DNA from: Halarcobacter sp.
GTDB taxonomy: Bacteria > Campylobacterota > Campylobacteria > Campylobacterales > Arcobacteraceae
Reading direction: 5' to 3'
DNA: 64,000 nt
NCBI GenBank assembly: GCA_048571215.1
Contig: CP182352.1
Location: 320,001-384,000, forward strand
The notes under the pieces were generated by a model. The model worked only from the letters and a program-made list of their open reading frames with translations. It did not search any database and had not been told where the DNA came from. Made by a program: the position numbers and the translations under genes. Below, one piece after another: positions 10,697-21,711 of this stretch (positions are counted from its first letter, which is position 1; each line of letters starts with the position of its first letter).

Positions 10697-12159
10697 TGAA
10701 GATATTAAAACTTATATTTACAATTTTAATAATTAACACTTTTTTATTTGCATCGGTTACTTTAAAATCACCTAATAGTTTCATTGACTCAGAACCTTTT
10801 GTTTTTGAGTTTGAAGTGAGTGGTTCATCGGTTAAGTTTCCAAAAATAGAAAAAATAGATCAATATATAGTTGAAGAACTTGGAACATCAAGATCTTTAC
10901 AAATAATAAATGGAAATTATTCAGAGACTATAAATAAAAAATATAGAATCTATCCAACAAAAGAGTTTGAGATACCAAGTTTTGATTTTGAAGTAGATGG
11001 CAAGATAGAAAAAAGTAATAAAAAAAACATAAGTAAAAGTACTGCTACAAAAACCAAATCAAATCTTTTTGATATGACAATACAAAGTTCAAAAAAAGAG
11101 CTTCTTGTGGGTGAAGAGACAATATTAAAACTTACTTTTAAATATAGAAAAGATTTACAAATCACTAATCTAGATTTTCAACAACCCCATTTTGAACATT
11201 TTTGGTATAAAAGAATAGATAAAAAAGATAATAGATATGAACAAAACAATTATATTGTTCAAGAATTGGAGTATCTACTTTTCCCTCAAAAAAGTGGAGA
11301 TCTAAAGATAAAACCTTTAAAAGTTGATGTGCAGATGATAGATGGTGATTCATCAAGGGGATTTGGTTTTTTTACTTCAGTGCCAAAGGTGGTGAAGGTT
11401 TATTCAAATGAATTAAACTTTAAAGTAAACCCCCTTCCTAAAGGTGTAAATTTAGTAGGTGATTTTGATATAAAAGCATCAGTTGATAAAACCTCAATTA
11501 AACAAGGGGAATCAATCTCTTATAAGTTGTCTATAACTGGAGTTGGTAATTTTGATGATATTGAGGATAAAAAACTTCATATAAACGATGCAATAATATA
11601 TGATAATAAACCAAAAATTGAAACAAAATATACAAAAAAAGGATATGAAGGAGTTTTTGAAAAGGTTTATTCTATAGTTCCAAATAACTCTGTAGTGATC
11701 CCTAGTCAATCAATTAAGTATTATGATAAAAAAAGTAAAAAAGTAGTTGAGAAAAAAACCAAAGAGTTTAAAATAGATGTTGAAAAAACAAAAAAAACCA
11801 AAGAGGTGGTTTTACAAAAGGGTGATAATCCAAAAACTACAAAAAAAGAACCTGTTGTTATAGAAAATAGTATTAGCCAAAAGGTGAGTTATTTTATCTT
11901 TGGTGTTATATCTACATTATTAATATTTGGTTTATTTACTTTGGTTAAAATTAAAAAAAATAAAAAAGTAAAAGTTGAACTTCCTTTAATAAAGCAGATA
12001 AAACTTTCAAAGAATAAATCAGAGCTTTTAAGGGTATTGGTTCCTTTTATAAACAAAGATGAAAAATTAGATGAGCTAATTTTTAAATGTGAGAGGGAAG
12101 GTGAGTTTACAACTCTAAAAAAAGATATAATAGAAGTGGTAAAAAGCTTAAAAATTTGA
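10696..12159 (+). CDS. BatD-family exported protein with C-terminal TM helix
   Basis: Signal peptide, SRSLQIINGN, YLLFPQKSGDLKIKP and VGDFDIKASVDK resemble BatD. Overlaps flhA by one base (TAATG). Confidence 0.7.
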   Translation: MKILKLIFTILIINTFLFASVTLKSPNSFIDSEPFVFEFEVSGSSVKFPKIEKIDQYIVEELGTSRSLQIINGNYSETINKKYRIYPTKEFEIPSFDFEVDGKIEKSNKKNISKSTATKTKSNLFDMTIQSSKKELLVGEETILKLTFKYRKDLQITNLDFQQPHFEHFWYKRIDKKDNRYEQNNYIVQELEYLLFPQKSGDLKIKPLKVDVQMIDGDSSRGFGFFTSVPKVVKVYSNELNFKVNPLPKGVNLVGDFDIKASVDKTSIKQGESISYKLSITGVGNFDDIEDKKLHINDAIIYDNKPKIETKYTKKGYEGVFEKVYSIVPNNSVVIPSQSIKYYDKKSKKVVEKKTKEFKIDVEKTKKTKEVVLQKGDNPKTTKKEPVVIENSISQKVSYFIFGVISTLLIFGLFTLVKIKKNKKVKVELPLIKQIKLSKNKSELLRVLVPFINKDEKLDELIFKCEREGEFTTLKKDIIEVVKSLKI

Positions 12160-12166
12160 GGTTAAA

Positions 12167-12874
12167 ATGAGATATTTAATAGTTTTTTTTATGTTGATAA
12201 ACTCTATGTTTGCAATGGAGTTTTATTCAAAATTAGAACCTATAAACAGTTATACTGTAAAAGCAGCAGTAAGTGGAAAAGTTATCTATACAAATGATGA
12301 TATTGAGAGTAAAAAAGCTAATAATAGCACTATTATTAAATTAGATTCAGAGCTTAATAAAATAGATTTAAAACAGTCACAAAAAAAGCTTGAAGCGATA
12401 AATGAGATGTTAAAGCTTCAAGAAAGAAATTATAATAGACTTTTAAAAATCAGTTCTAAATCAGGTTTTGAAAAAGATAATCAAAAAATAAATGTGATTA
12501 ACTTAGAGACTTCAAAAGCAGATATATTAATAAAAATTGCCACATTAAAAGATACTATAAAAAATAAAAAATTAGTTGAAAAAGATAATTATATTTATAA
12601 TATTGCCGTAAAAAAAGGGGATTATGTAAGCCCAGGAACACTTTTATATGAAGCAAAAGATTTAAGTAAAGGTAAACTTGAAATATATGTACCCATATCT
12701 GATATAGATAATATTAAGAAAAAGGCTATCTATTTAGATGGAGTTAAAACTGATTTGAGTATATCAAAAATATATGATGTAGCCGATTCAAAACATATCT
12801 CTTCATACAAATGTGAGATTATTGTAAATAAACCAAAAACTTTTTCAAGGTTAGTGAAAATTGAATTCAAATAA
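12167..12874 (+). CDS. HlyD-like periplasmic adaptor / membrane-fusion protein
   Basis: Signal peptide; lipoyl-like halves (VKAAVSGKV ... VKKGDYVSPGTLL) flanking a coiled coil. Confidence 0.7.
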   Translation: MRYLIVFFMLINSMFAMEFYSKLEPINSYTVKAAVSGKVIYTNDDIESKKANNSTIIKLDSELNKIDLKQSQKKLEAINEMLKLQERNYNRLLKISSKSGFEKDNQKINVINLETSKADILIKIATLKDTIKNKKLVEKDNYIYNIAVKKGDYVSPGTLLYEAKDLSKGKLEIYVPISDIDNIKKKAIYLDGVKTDLSISKIYDVADSKHISSYKCEIIVNKPKTFSRLVKIEFK

Positions 12875-14564
12875 TAAAATAGCTTGTCCCCTTGATTGTT
12901 ATGATGCCTGTCAAGCACAAATTGTTAATGATAATATAAAAGGTTCTAAAGAGCACTTTCTTACAAATGGTAAACTTTGCGTAAATTTTGCAAACTTATT
13001 AAAAGAAGAGTTTTTAAATACAGCAAAATATGAAGGGAAAGATATTCTTTTAGATGAGGCATTAAATATTTTAGTGTCAAAATTAAAAGAGACTAACCCT
13101 ATTGATACTTTATATTATAAGGGTTCAGGAAATCTTGGAGTGATGCAAGGTTCCCCAAAAACATTTTTTTCCCAATATGGAGCAACACTTACAAAAGGAA
13201 GCCTTTGTGATGGTGCAGGTGGTGCTGGACTGGAGCTTGGAAGAAAAAAAGTTGTAAACCCTCCTATTGAAAATTTAATAAATTCTGATGTGATAATAGT
13301 TTGGGGTAGAAATTTTTCTGTAACATCTCCTCATATGTATAATCTTGTAAAAGATAAAACTTTTATTACAATAGACCCAATAAAAACTGATATAGCTAAA
13401 AAATCAGTTTTACATATGCAATTAAGCCCAAAAACAGACCATGAATTAGCTTTATTATTAACTAGATTTGCCTATATGGAAGATATTGAAGATGAAGAGT
13501 TTATTCAAAATTCTCAAGGGGCTGATTGGTTTTTTGATTTAGCAAAAAGTAGACCAGTTGTATCTTTTGAGAAAACAACGGGAGTATCTTTAAGTGATGT
13601 TACTAAGTTTTATGAAATAATAAAAGATAAAAAAGTAGCTATGCTTATAGGCTTAGGGGTTCAAAAATATTACGAAGGGGCACAAATCATTAGAGCTATT
13701 GACTCTTATGCAGCTTATATTGGACTTCATAATAAAGATGTTGGTGGAGTTTGGTATTTGGGTAACTCAATGTATGGGTATGAAAAAAAATTTACCTCTA
13801 CTACAAAAAACAAAGTTCCCATACCAGAAGTTGATTTTTCAAAATATAAATTAGTGTTTATTCAAGGTGGAAACCCAGTAGTAACAGCTCCAAATACTCA
13901 AAAGGTAGTTGAGGGTTTGAAAGACCCTTTTGTAATCTATTTTGGTACAACTATTAATGACACTTGTGAATATGCAGATTTGATAATTCCAGCTAAAACT
14001 TTTTTAGAGAAAAAAGATGTAAGACTATCTTATGGACATGAATTAAAAGCAATCAATAATGTTGAAGATAAAAGTATAGAAAATAGAATAAGTGAATATG
14101 AACTAACAGCTTATTTAAGAAAAATCTTTGGATGGGAAGCTTTAGAAGATGAAGATTCAATTATAGAATATTATTCTAATACAAAAGTTGAGGCAAACCA
14201 TTTTATAGATGATTTTGAGTTTATAGAGGATTTAGATATAGAAAACCTTTATGAAGATAAAGGAGAACAACAATTTTATTTAGTCACTGCAAAATCCAAA
14301 AAAACATTAAACTCACAATTTGGAAAAGATGACAATATCTACTTACATTCTAGTAGGGGCTTTAATAATGGTGATGAGGTATTAGTCTCATCAGAACATG
14401 GAGAGGCAAAATTTATTGTTTGTTTAAACGATGATGTAAAAGAGGATTGTGCTTTATTTTATAGTTCAAATAGAAAGGTAAACTACTTAACACCTTTTAG
14501 AAGTGACGAAGAAGCTTATAGTGCTATATATCACGAGGCTTTGTTAACTATTGAATTATGTTAG
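12861..14564 (+). CDS. Molybdopterin-dependent oxidoreductase (DMSO reductase superfamily, compact)
   Basis: ACPLDCYDAC...GKLC Fe-S motif, IIVWGRN, ITIDP, GGNPVVTAPN, ADLIIPA. Confidence 0.8.
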   Translation: MNSNNKIACPLDCYDACQAQIVNDNIKGSKEHFLTNGKLCVNFANLLKEEFLNTAKYEGKDILLDEALNILVSKLKETNPIDTLYYKGSGNLGVMQGSPKTFFSQYGATLTKGSLCDGAGGAGLELGRKKVVNPPIENLINSDVIIVWGRNFSVTSPHMYNLVKDKTFITIDPIKTDIAKKSVLHMQLSPKTDHELALLLTRFAYMEDIEDEEFIQNSQGADWFFDLAKSRPVVSFEKTTGVSLSDVTKFYEIIKDKKVAMLIGLGVQKYYEGAQIIRAIDSYAAYIGLHNKDVGGVWYLGNSMYGYEKKFTSTTKNKVPIPEVDFSKYKLVFIQGGNPVVTAPNTQKVVEGLKDPFVIYFGTTINDTCEYADLIIPAKTFLEKKDVRLSYGHELKAINNVEDKSIENRISEYELTAYLRKIFGWEALEDEDSIIEYYSNTKVEANHFIDDFEFIEDLDIENLYEDKGEQQFYLVTAKSKKTLNSQFGKDDNIYLHSSRGFNNGDEVLVSSEHGEAKFIVCLNDDVKEDCALFYSSNRKVNYLTPFRSDEEAYSAIYHEALLTIELC

Positions 14565-15732
14565 TATTTTAAGAGATAATGAAGTTGTAAGAAAACTCTC
14601 TTTACTACAACTTATAGCATATTTTGGAGCTTGGTTCTCAAATGTTGCTATATATACAATGCTTGTTAAGTTTGGTTCTTCTGCCTTTGCTATCTCTTTA
14701 GTTACTGCAATGCATCTAATACCAGCTGTTATCATTGCTCCATTATCAGGGGCTATAATCGATAAGTTCAAAATAAAATCTTTGATGTTAACACTTTTAT
14801 CAATAGAACTTATAATGACCTTGCTTTTTTTAACAATAGATGATAAAAGTGAACTTTGGCTTTTAATGATATTTATATTTATTAGAATGGGAAGTGCTTC
14901 TATGTTCTTTTCCACTGAGATGTCACTACTTCCTAAGATAATCTCTGGAAAAACTTTACAAAAAGTAAATGAGATACACTCTATTATTTGGTCCTTTACC
15001 TATGCTGCTGGTATGGCTGCTAGTGGAATTGTGGTAAATGCTTATGGCGCTAAAACAGCCATAATAATAGATGCAGTTTTTTTTATATTTGCCATAATAC
15101 TTTTTTTAAATATTGATTTTAAAGTTGAAATAATACATACAAAAGAGAAAATTTCATCTATGATAAAAGATGGGTTTATATATATAAAAAATCACAAACT
15201 TGTTTTACATCTAATAGTTTTACATGCTAGTGTAGGGCTTACTTCTTTTGATACCTTAGTAACACTTTTAGCTAAAAATGAATACAAATATGTAATTGCT
15301 GTACCTTTATCTATAGGTATAACAAATGCAGTAAGAGCACTTGCTTTGATGGTGGGACCTTTATTTATAACAAACTGGGTAAATAAAGATAGATTAACTT
15401 ATATTTTTATTTTTCAAGGTTTAGCTATTATTTTATGGGGATTGCTACAATTTAACTTTTATATAGCCTTAGTGGCAATATTTTTAACAGGTTTTACTAC
15501 AACTACAATTTGGTCTTATACCTATGCACTGATTCAAGAAAATGTTGAATCAAAATATTTAGGGAGAGTTATTTCATATAATGATATGATTTTTATGATT
15601 TCAAATGTAATAACAACTCTTTTTATTGGTATTATGGCAAGTTTAATAAGTCTAAAATTAATTACTGTTATAATAGGTCTAGGATTTTTTGCAGTTGCAT
15701 ATTATTATAAGGGTATAAAACAATGGATATAA
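14551..15732 (+). CDS. MFS transporter
   Basis: About 12 hydrophobic segments; GAIIDKF motif-A-like loop; YLGRVIS. Confidence 0.85.
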   Translation: MNYVSILRDNEVVRKLSLLQLIAYFGAWFSNVAIYTMLVKFGSSAFAISLVTAMHLIPAVIIAPLSGAIIDKFKIKSLMLTLLSIELIMTLLFLTIDDKSELWLLMIFIFIRMGSASMFFSTEMSLLPKIISGKTLQKVNEIHSIIWSFTYAAGMAASGIVVNAYGAKTAIIIDAVFFIFAIILFLNIDFKVEIIHTKEKISSMIKDGFIYIKNHKLVLHLIVLHASVGLTSFDTLVTLLAKNEYKYVIAVPLSIGITNAVRALALMVGPLFITNWVNKDRLTYIFIFQGLAIILWGLLQFNFYIALVAIFLTGFTTTTIWSYTYALIQENVESKYLGRVISYNDMIFMISNVITTLFIGIMASLISLKLITVIIGLGFFAVAYYYKGIKQWI

Positions 15733-15947
15733 ATAAAAAGGTTCTACTTCTTGCAATTTATAAAAAAGATGATGATGAAACTTTAAATGATGTTTTAAAA
15801 AAGATGGATAATACTAAGGTATTTACTCAAAAAGAGGGAAAAAAATATCTAAAAGAGTTAAAAAAAGAGCAATTAGTAAGTGAACAATATTTAACTATAC
15901 TTGGAATTGCAAAAGCAAAAGAGGTTGAATTAGAATTTAAAATTTAA
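15723..15947 (+). CDS. Small hypothetical protein (possible winged-helix)
   Basis: 74 aa ORF in operon context; LTILGIAKAKE end is wHTH-like. Confidence 0.55.
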   Translation: MDINKKVLLLAIYKKDDDETLNDVLKKMDNTKVFTQKEGKKYLKELKKEQLVSEQYLTILGIAKAKEVELEFKI

Positions 15948-15974
15948 CAAAACTATTTATTAATAGGAAGATAG

Positions 15975-18368
15975 ATGGAAAATAGTATTAGAGTTTTAGG
16001 AGCTTATGGCTCAAAGGGTTATGATTTAAATTCAACTTGTATCCAGCTTAGTGAAAAAGTTTTAATTGATGCGGGTAATATTATGACTCCTTTAGGTAAA
16101 GAAGCTTTAAAAATTGAACATATAATTTTATCTCATTCTCACCTAGACCATATAATTGAAATCCCATTTCTAATAGATACCTTTTATGAAAAAAGAAAAG
16201 AACCTTTAATAATTTATGGAATGAAACAAACAATTTTAGATCTAAAAAACTATATTTTAAATGAAAAAATTTGGCCAGATTTTAGTGAAATTGAATTATT
16301 ACACTCAAATAAAAAGAGTATTATTTTTAAAGAGATAAATTATGGAGATAGTTTAGATTTTGAAGATGTAAGTGTTAAAATTATCCCTAACAACCACACC
16401 TCTTCAAGTTGTGCCTTTGTGATAACTAAAAAAGGAAACTCTTTACTTTTTTCTTCTGATACCTTTACTTGTGATAGTATTTGGGACGAAATCAATAATA
16501 ATAAAGCAATAAAAACTTTAATTATTGATGTATCCTTTCCAACAAAATTAGAAAAAATTGCAACTTTAAGTAAACATCTAACTCCAAAACTTTTAAAAGA
16601 GGAATTAAAAAAACTAAAAAGAAATGATTTAGTAATCCATGTAAATCATCTAAAACCACTTTATATTACAGAGATAAAAGAGGAATTAAATAGTTTAAAT
16701 ATTTTTTATAATAATGGTGTTGTATTAAAAGATCTGGATACAATAAACTTAAAAACATTAAAGGTAATACATAGTTTTGATACTACAAAAAGACAAATTG
16801 AGTATTTAAATAAAATTGGTCATGCTTTAACTTCTGAAAAAAACTTTGATACTTTGATGGATAAGATACTTAGTGCAGCAAAAAATCTTACCCATGCAGA
16901 TGCTGGAACAATTTATCTTGTAAGTGATGATGAAAAAAGTTTAAAGTTTAAAATAGTACATACAGATTCTTTGTATCTAAAAATGGGTGGTATAGGTGAG
17001 AAGATAAACTGGCCTGATTTACCTTTATATGATGAATTTGGAAATGCAAATATTGATAAGATATCGGTAAAATGTGCTTTAGAAAATATATTAATAAATA
17101 TACCAGATGTATATGCAACAGATAGTTTTAATTTCACAGGTCCTCGTGTTTTTGATGCTAATACAAATTATAAAACAAAATCTATGTTAGTTGTTCCTTT
17201 GGTAAATAATGACAATGATGTTATAGGTGTACTACAATTAATTAATAAAAAAAATAAAAATAATAAAATTGAAGAGTTTAGTTATGAAGATGAGAGGCTC
17301 ATCTTATCTATGGGCTCACAAGCTGCTGTTGCAATGTCAAATATGAAGTTGGTAAAGGATTTAGAAAAACTTTTAAACTCATTTATGCAAGCTATTGCAA
17401 CTGCTATTGGTGAAAAGTCTAAATATACCCAAGGGCATGTAAATAGAGTTGCTCAAATCACTTCTGATATTGCATTTGCAATAAATAGAGATAAAAAGGG
17501 TTTATATAAAGATATTAAATTTAATATAGAAGAGTTAAGACAACTTGATGTAGCTTCTTGGATGCATGATATTGGTAAGATTTCAACACCTGAGTATGTG
17601 GTAGATAAAAGAACAAAGTTAGAAACAATCCATGATAGAATCCATTTAGTAAAAGCAAAATTTGAGATTTTAAAAAGAGATTTGGAGCTTCAATTATATA
17701 AAGATTTATCTATTAGTGATAATGAAAATAAAAAACAGAAATTAAAACAAAAGTATGAAAATCAAATCAAACAACTAGAAGAGGATTTAAAGTTTTTAGA
17801 GCATAATAATTATGGAAGTGAATTTACAACTGATGATAAAATAGATAGAATTATAAGTATCTCAAAAAAAGAGTTGATAATAAATGGTGAAAAATGTAAT
17901 CTTTTATCGGAAAATGAAGTAAAAAATATGACTATTAGGAAAGGTACTTTAACTGATGAGGAGAGGTTTATTATTAATGAACATGCTAGACTTAGTGTAA
18001 AGATGTTAGAAACTATGTCTTTCCCTAAAAAGCTTAAAAATGTTCCAATTATTGCAGGTGGACACCATGAAAAGATTTGTGGAGGTGGATATCCAAACAA
18101 TCTTAAAGGTGATGAAATCTGTTTAGAAGCGAGAATTTTAGCAATAGCAGATATCTTTGAGGCTGTAACAGCACATGATAGACCTTATAAAAAGCCAAAC
18201 ACTTTAAATCAAGCTCTTAATATTTTGTATATGATGGCAAAAGATGATGAACTTGATAGAAATTTAGTTAAATTTTTCATTCAAGAAAAAATATATGAAC
18301 AATATATTGAAGATAATTTAATGCAAACTCAAATGGATGAAATAAATATTGATGTGAGTGATTTATAA
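15975..18368 (+). CDS. Fusion: MBL-fold (class II cNMP PDE-like) + GAF + HD-GYP phosphodiesterase
   Basis: HSHLDH metallo-beta-lactamase motif; GAF (ADAGTIYL...KSMLVVPL...VIGVLQLINK); MHDIGK and HHEKICGGGYP. Confidence 0.85.
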   Translation: MENSIRVLGAYGSKGYDLNSTCIQLSEKVLIDAGNIMTPLGKEALKIEHIILSHSHLDHIIEIPFLIDTFYEKRKEPLIIYGMKQTILDLKNYILNEKIWPDFSEIELLHSNKKSIIFKEINYGDSLDFEDVSVKIIPNNHTSSSCAFVITKKGNSLLFSSDTFTCDSIWDEINNNKAIKTLIIDVSFPTKLEKIATLSKHLTPKLLKEELKKLKRNDLVIHVNHLKPLYITEIKEELNSLNIFYNNGVVLKDLDTINLKTLKVIHSFDTTKRQIEYLNKIGHALTSEKNFDTLMDKILSAAKNLTHADAGTIYLVSDDEKSLKFKIVHTDSLYLKMGGIGEKINWPDLPLYDEFGNANIDKISVKCALENILINIPDVYATDSFNFTGPRVFDANTNYKTKSMLVVPLVNNDNDVIGVLQLINKKNKNNKIEEFSYEDERLILSMGSQAAVAMSNMKLVKDLEKLLNSFMQAIATAIGEKSKYTQGHVNRVAQITSDIAFAINRDKKGLYKDIKFNIEELRQLDVASWMHDIGKISTPEYVVDKRTKLETIHDRIHLVKAKFEILKRDLELQLYKDLSISDNENKKQKLKQKYENQIKQLEEDLKFLEHNNYGSEFTTDDKIDRIISISKKELIINGEKCNLLSENEVKNMTIRKGTLTDEERFIINEHARLSVKMLETMSFPKKLKNVPIIAGGHHEKICGGGYPNNLKGDEICLEARILAIADIFEAVTAHDRPYKKPNTLNQALNILYMMAKDDELDRNLVKFFIQEKIYEQYIEDNLMQTQMDEINIDVSDL

Positions 18369-18371
18369 AAT

Positions 18372-18977
18372 CTAAATCTCATTTAAATATTTTATATCCT
18401 CAAAAACATCTTTATAATATGGGAGACTAACCTCATTGAAGCTCTCTTTATCTTGATAAAAGTTTATATACCAATCAAATTCTATATCTTTATTTTTTAA
18501 AGCTTGCATAGATAAAAGGGTGTCATTTATCCCCCCTAGTTTTGAAGGGCAGATTAAAATAGCTTTTGTTTCAAGTTTTTTAATTAAATCAATAATGAAA
18601 AAATCTTTTTCAAGGGGAACCATTAAGCCTCCAGCACCTTCAATGATTAAAATATCACAAAACTTTAAAAGGTAATCTCTTTTTTCTAAGATATAATTTA
18701 TATCAATTTTAGTATCACCTTTAGCTACATATGGAGCTGCAGGAAGTTTAAATTGATATGGAACCACATCATTTATAGATACATTAAAATCACTATTTAA
18801 CTCTTTTGCTATATTTAAAAGTTTGTTCCCATCCAATGCTATAGGAGCTACACCTGTTTCTATAGGTTTAAAGTAACCAACTCTTAAGTTATGTTTGGCA
18901 TAATGCCTTAAGAATTTTTCACTGGCATAAGATTTGCCAACATCAGTGTTTGTTGCTGTAATAAAAATAGTATTCAT
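18372..18977 (-). CDS. bioD: Dethiobiotin synthase
   Basis: TATNTDVGKS, FKPIETG, IEGAGGLMVP. Confidence 0.95.
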   Translation of the reverse strand: MNTIFITATNTDVGKSYASEKFLRHYAKHNLRVGYFKPIETGVAPIALDGNKLLNIAKELNSDFNVSINDVVPYQFKLPAAPYVAKGDTKIDINYILEKRDYLLKFCDILIIEGAGGLMVPLEKDFFIIDLIKKLETKAILICPSKLGGINDTLLSMQALKNKDIEFDWYINFYQDKESFNEVSLPYYKDVFEDIKYLNEI

Positions 18978-19054
18978 ATTTTATTATATCAAAAAATAAA
19001 AAAAACTTTAAAATATTTTATATACATTTTATTTTACTAAGATTATTACTTTTT

Positions 19055-19063
19055 TGTTATAAT
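19055..19063 (+). promoter_or_regulatory. Extended -10 promoter (TGnTATAAT) for clpS-clpA
   Basis: TGTTATAAT about 30 bp upstream of the clpS GTG; AAGGA RBS precedes the start. Confidence 0.55.
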
Positions 19064-19092
19064 ATATACAATAAAAAATAAAAAGGAACGAT

Positions 19093-19392
19093 GTGGCTAA
19101 TGAATTAGAGACAGAACTAGATAACGATTTAGAAGTAATTGAACCTAAAAAATATAAAGTGCTTTTATTAAATGATGATTACTCAACTATGGATTTTGTT
19201 ATTGATGTTTTAACTAAAGTATTCCGAAAAACTGTAGATCAAGCTACACAAATCATGCTAAATATCCATAATCAAGGAAAAGCAGTATGTGGAATATATA
19301 CTCATGAAATAGCTTCAACAAAGGTTGCTCAAGTTAAAACTTTAGCAAGAGAAAAGGGATTCCCTTTAAAAGCAATAATGGAAGAAGAGTAA
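19093..19392 (+). CDS. clpS: Clp protease adaptor ClpS
   Basis: YKVLLLNDDYSTMDFV...IMLNIH...FPLKA. Confidence 0.96.
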   Translation: MANELETELDNDLEVIEPKKYKVLLLNDDYSTMDFVIDVLTKVFRKTVDQATQIMLNIHNQGKAVCGIYTHEIASTKVAQVKTLAREKGFPLKAIMEEE

Positions 19393-19395
19393 AAA

Positions 19396-21627
19396 ATGAT
19401 AAGTAAAGAATTAAGAAATATTTTTGCACAAGCTGTAAATTATGCTAAAAAAAGTCGTCATGAGTATTTAACCGTTGAACATATTTTTTTGATGTTGATT
19501 CATGATGAGGTTATAGAAGAATTATTTGAAGATTTAGGTTTAGATAAAAATAAATTTTTCAATGATGTAAAAAAATATATAGATGATAATACCCCAGTTT
19601 ATCCAGCAAATATAGAGGATGAACCAATTGAAACTATAACTTTAACATCTACAATTGAAAATATGGTTGCCCATACTCAAACTAGTGGTAAAAGAAATGC
19701 CAGTGTTGAAGATATGTTCGTAGCAATATTAAAAAATGAAAAATCCTATGCAACCTATCTTTTAAAATTAGCTGGTGTTGAAAAAGTAGATATTTTAGAA
19801 GAGATATCACATAAAGATTTAGGTGAACAAGATGACGAAGGTTTACTTTCTCAAAGTGAAAATGAAGAGGAAAATAAAGTATTAGATAAAAATTCAACTG
19901 AACTTGTAGCCCTTGCAAAAAAAGGTGAGATTGATCCAGTTATTGGTAGAGTAAATGAGATTGAAAGAGTGGTTCAGATTTTAAGTAGAAGAAAGAAAAA
20001 TAATCCAATACTAGTGGGAGAACCAGGAGTTGGTAAAACTGCTATTGCTGAGGGTTTAGCATTAGAAATAGCAAATGGAAGAGTACCAGAGTTTTTAGAA
20101 AAAGCTAAAGTATACTCTCTTGATATGGGTTCTATGTTAGCAGGAACAAAATATAGAGGTGATTTTGAAAAAAAATTAAAAGGGCTTTTAAAAGAGGTTA
20201 GCAAAATACCAAATGCAATTTTATTTATAGATGAGATTCACACAATAGTTGGGGCTGGAAGTGTAAGTGGAAGTGCTATGGATGCTTCAAATATCTTAAA
20301 ACCACTTTTAGCTAATGGAAAATTAAGATGTATTGGTGCTACAACTTTTAGTGAATATAGAAATGATTTTTCTAAAGATAAAGCACTTAGTAGAAGATTT
20401 GCAAAAGTTGATATTGATGAACCATCGATTGAAGATACAGTTACTATTTTAGAAGGTATTAAACCTAAATATGAAGAGTTTCATGGAGTTGTATATAATA
20501 AAAATGCTATTGAAACAGCCGTAGAACTAAGTAAAAAATATATCACAGATAGATTTTTACCTGATAGTGCTATTGATGTGATTGATGAGGTTGGAGCCCA
20601 CAAAAAGATTGAATATGCAAGTTTAAATAAAAATAATATAAAAATATTACAAAAAGATGTTGAAGATACTGTTGCAAAGATGGCACATATCCCATCTAAA
20701 TCAACAACAAAATCAGATATCTCATTACTTAAAAATCTTGAAAAAAATATGCAAAAAAGGGTATTTGGTCAAGATGATGCTATTGTAACTATAGTTCAAT
20801 CTATAAAAAGAAATAAAGCAGGACTTAATCTTGATAAAAAACCAATAGGAAGCTTTTTATTTACTGGACCTACAGGAGTTGGTAAAACTGAGGTTGCAAA
20901 AGAGTTATCAAATCAAATGGGTATCCATTTTGAAAGATTTGATATGAGTGAATATATGGAACCCCATACAATATCAAGACTTATAGGAGCACCAGCAGGA
21001 TATGTTGGCTTTGAAAATGGAGGACTTTTAACAGAGGCAATTAGAAAACATCCTCATTGTGTACTTTTATTGGATGAGATAGAAAAAGCTCATCCTGATT
21101 TGATGTCAGTTTTACTTCAAGTTATGGATAATGCTGAATTAACTGATAATAGTGGAAATAAAGCTGATTTCCAAAATGTAGTTTTAATAATGACTTCAAA
21201 TCTTGGTGCAACTGAAGCCAATGTAATGGGATTTACAAAAGATGAGTCATTAAATGAAAATAAAGCAATAAATAAATTCTTTGCGCCTGAGTTTAGAAAT
21301 AGACTTGATGCAACTGTTAGCTTTAGAGCCTTGACACAAGATATTGTTGCAAAAGTTGCAGGTAAGTTTGTAGAGGATTTAGAAAAACAACTTGAAAGTA
21401 AAAAAATATCTATCTCAATCACTGCAAGAGCAAAAAAACACTTGGCAGAATTAGGTTATGATAAAGCAATGGGAGCAAGACCACTTACAAGAGTTATCTC
21501 TGATAAGATTAAAAATGTTTTAACAGATGAGATATTATTTGGTAAACTTAAAAAAGGTGGAAATGTAAAAATTGATTTTGTAAAAGAGGAGTTTAAGTTT
21601 ACATATAAACCCTTAGAACACAAATAA
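19396..21627 (+). CDS. clpA: ATP-dependent Clp protease ATP-binding subunit ClpA
   Basis: Two AAA modules (GEPGVGKT, GPTGVGKT), no long ClpB middle domain, MGF ClpP-binding loop; follows clpS. Confidence 0.95.
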   Translation: MISKELRNIFAQAVNYAKKSRHEYLTVEHIFLMLIHDEVIEELFEDLGLDKNKFFNDVKKYIDDNTPVYPANIEDEPIETITLTSTIENMVAHTQTSGKRNASVEDMFVAILKNEKSYATYLLKLAGVEKVDILEEISHKDLGEQDDEGLLSQSENEEENKVLDKNSTELVALAKKGEIDPVIGRVNEIERVVQILSRRKKNNPILVGEPGVGKTAIAEGLALEIANGRVPEFLEKAKVYSLDMGSMLAGTKYRGDFEKKLKGLLKEVSKIPNAILFIDEIHTIVGAGSVSGSAMDASNILKPLLANGKLRCIGATTFSEYRNDFSKDKALSRRFAKVDIDEPSIEDTVTILEGIKPKYEEFHGVVYNKNAIETAVELSKKYITDRFLPDSAIDVIDEVGAHKKIEYASLNKNNIKILQKDVEDTVAKMAHIPSKSTTKSDISLLKNLEKNMQKRVFGQDDAIVTIVQSIKRNKAGLNLDKKPIGSFLFTGPTGVGKTEVAKELSNQMGIHFERFDMSEYMEPHTISRLIGAPAGYVGFENGGLLTEAIRKHPHCVLLLDEIEKAHPDLMSVLLQVMDNAELTDNSGNKADFQNVVLIMTSNLGATEANVMGFTKDESLNENKAINKFFAPEFRNRLDATVSFRALTQDIVAKVAGKFVEDLEKQLESKKISISITARAKKHLAELGYDKAMGARPLTRVISDKIKNVLTDEILFGKLKKGGNVKIDFVKEEFKFTYKPLEHK

Positions 21628-21711
21628 TTCACAATTATTATTACAATATTATATTTATATCATTTTAAGATAATGAAAGTAAAATTAATAATTATAAAAC
21701 AAGGAAGTTTG

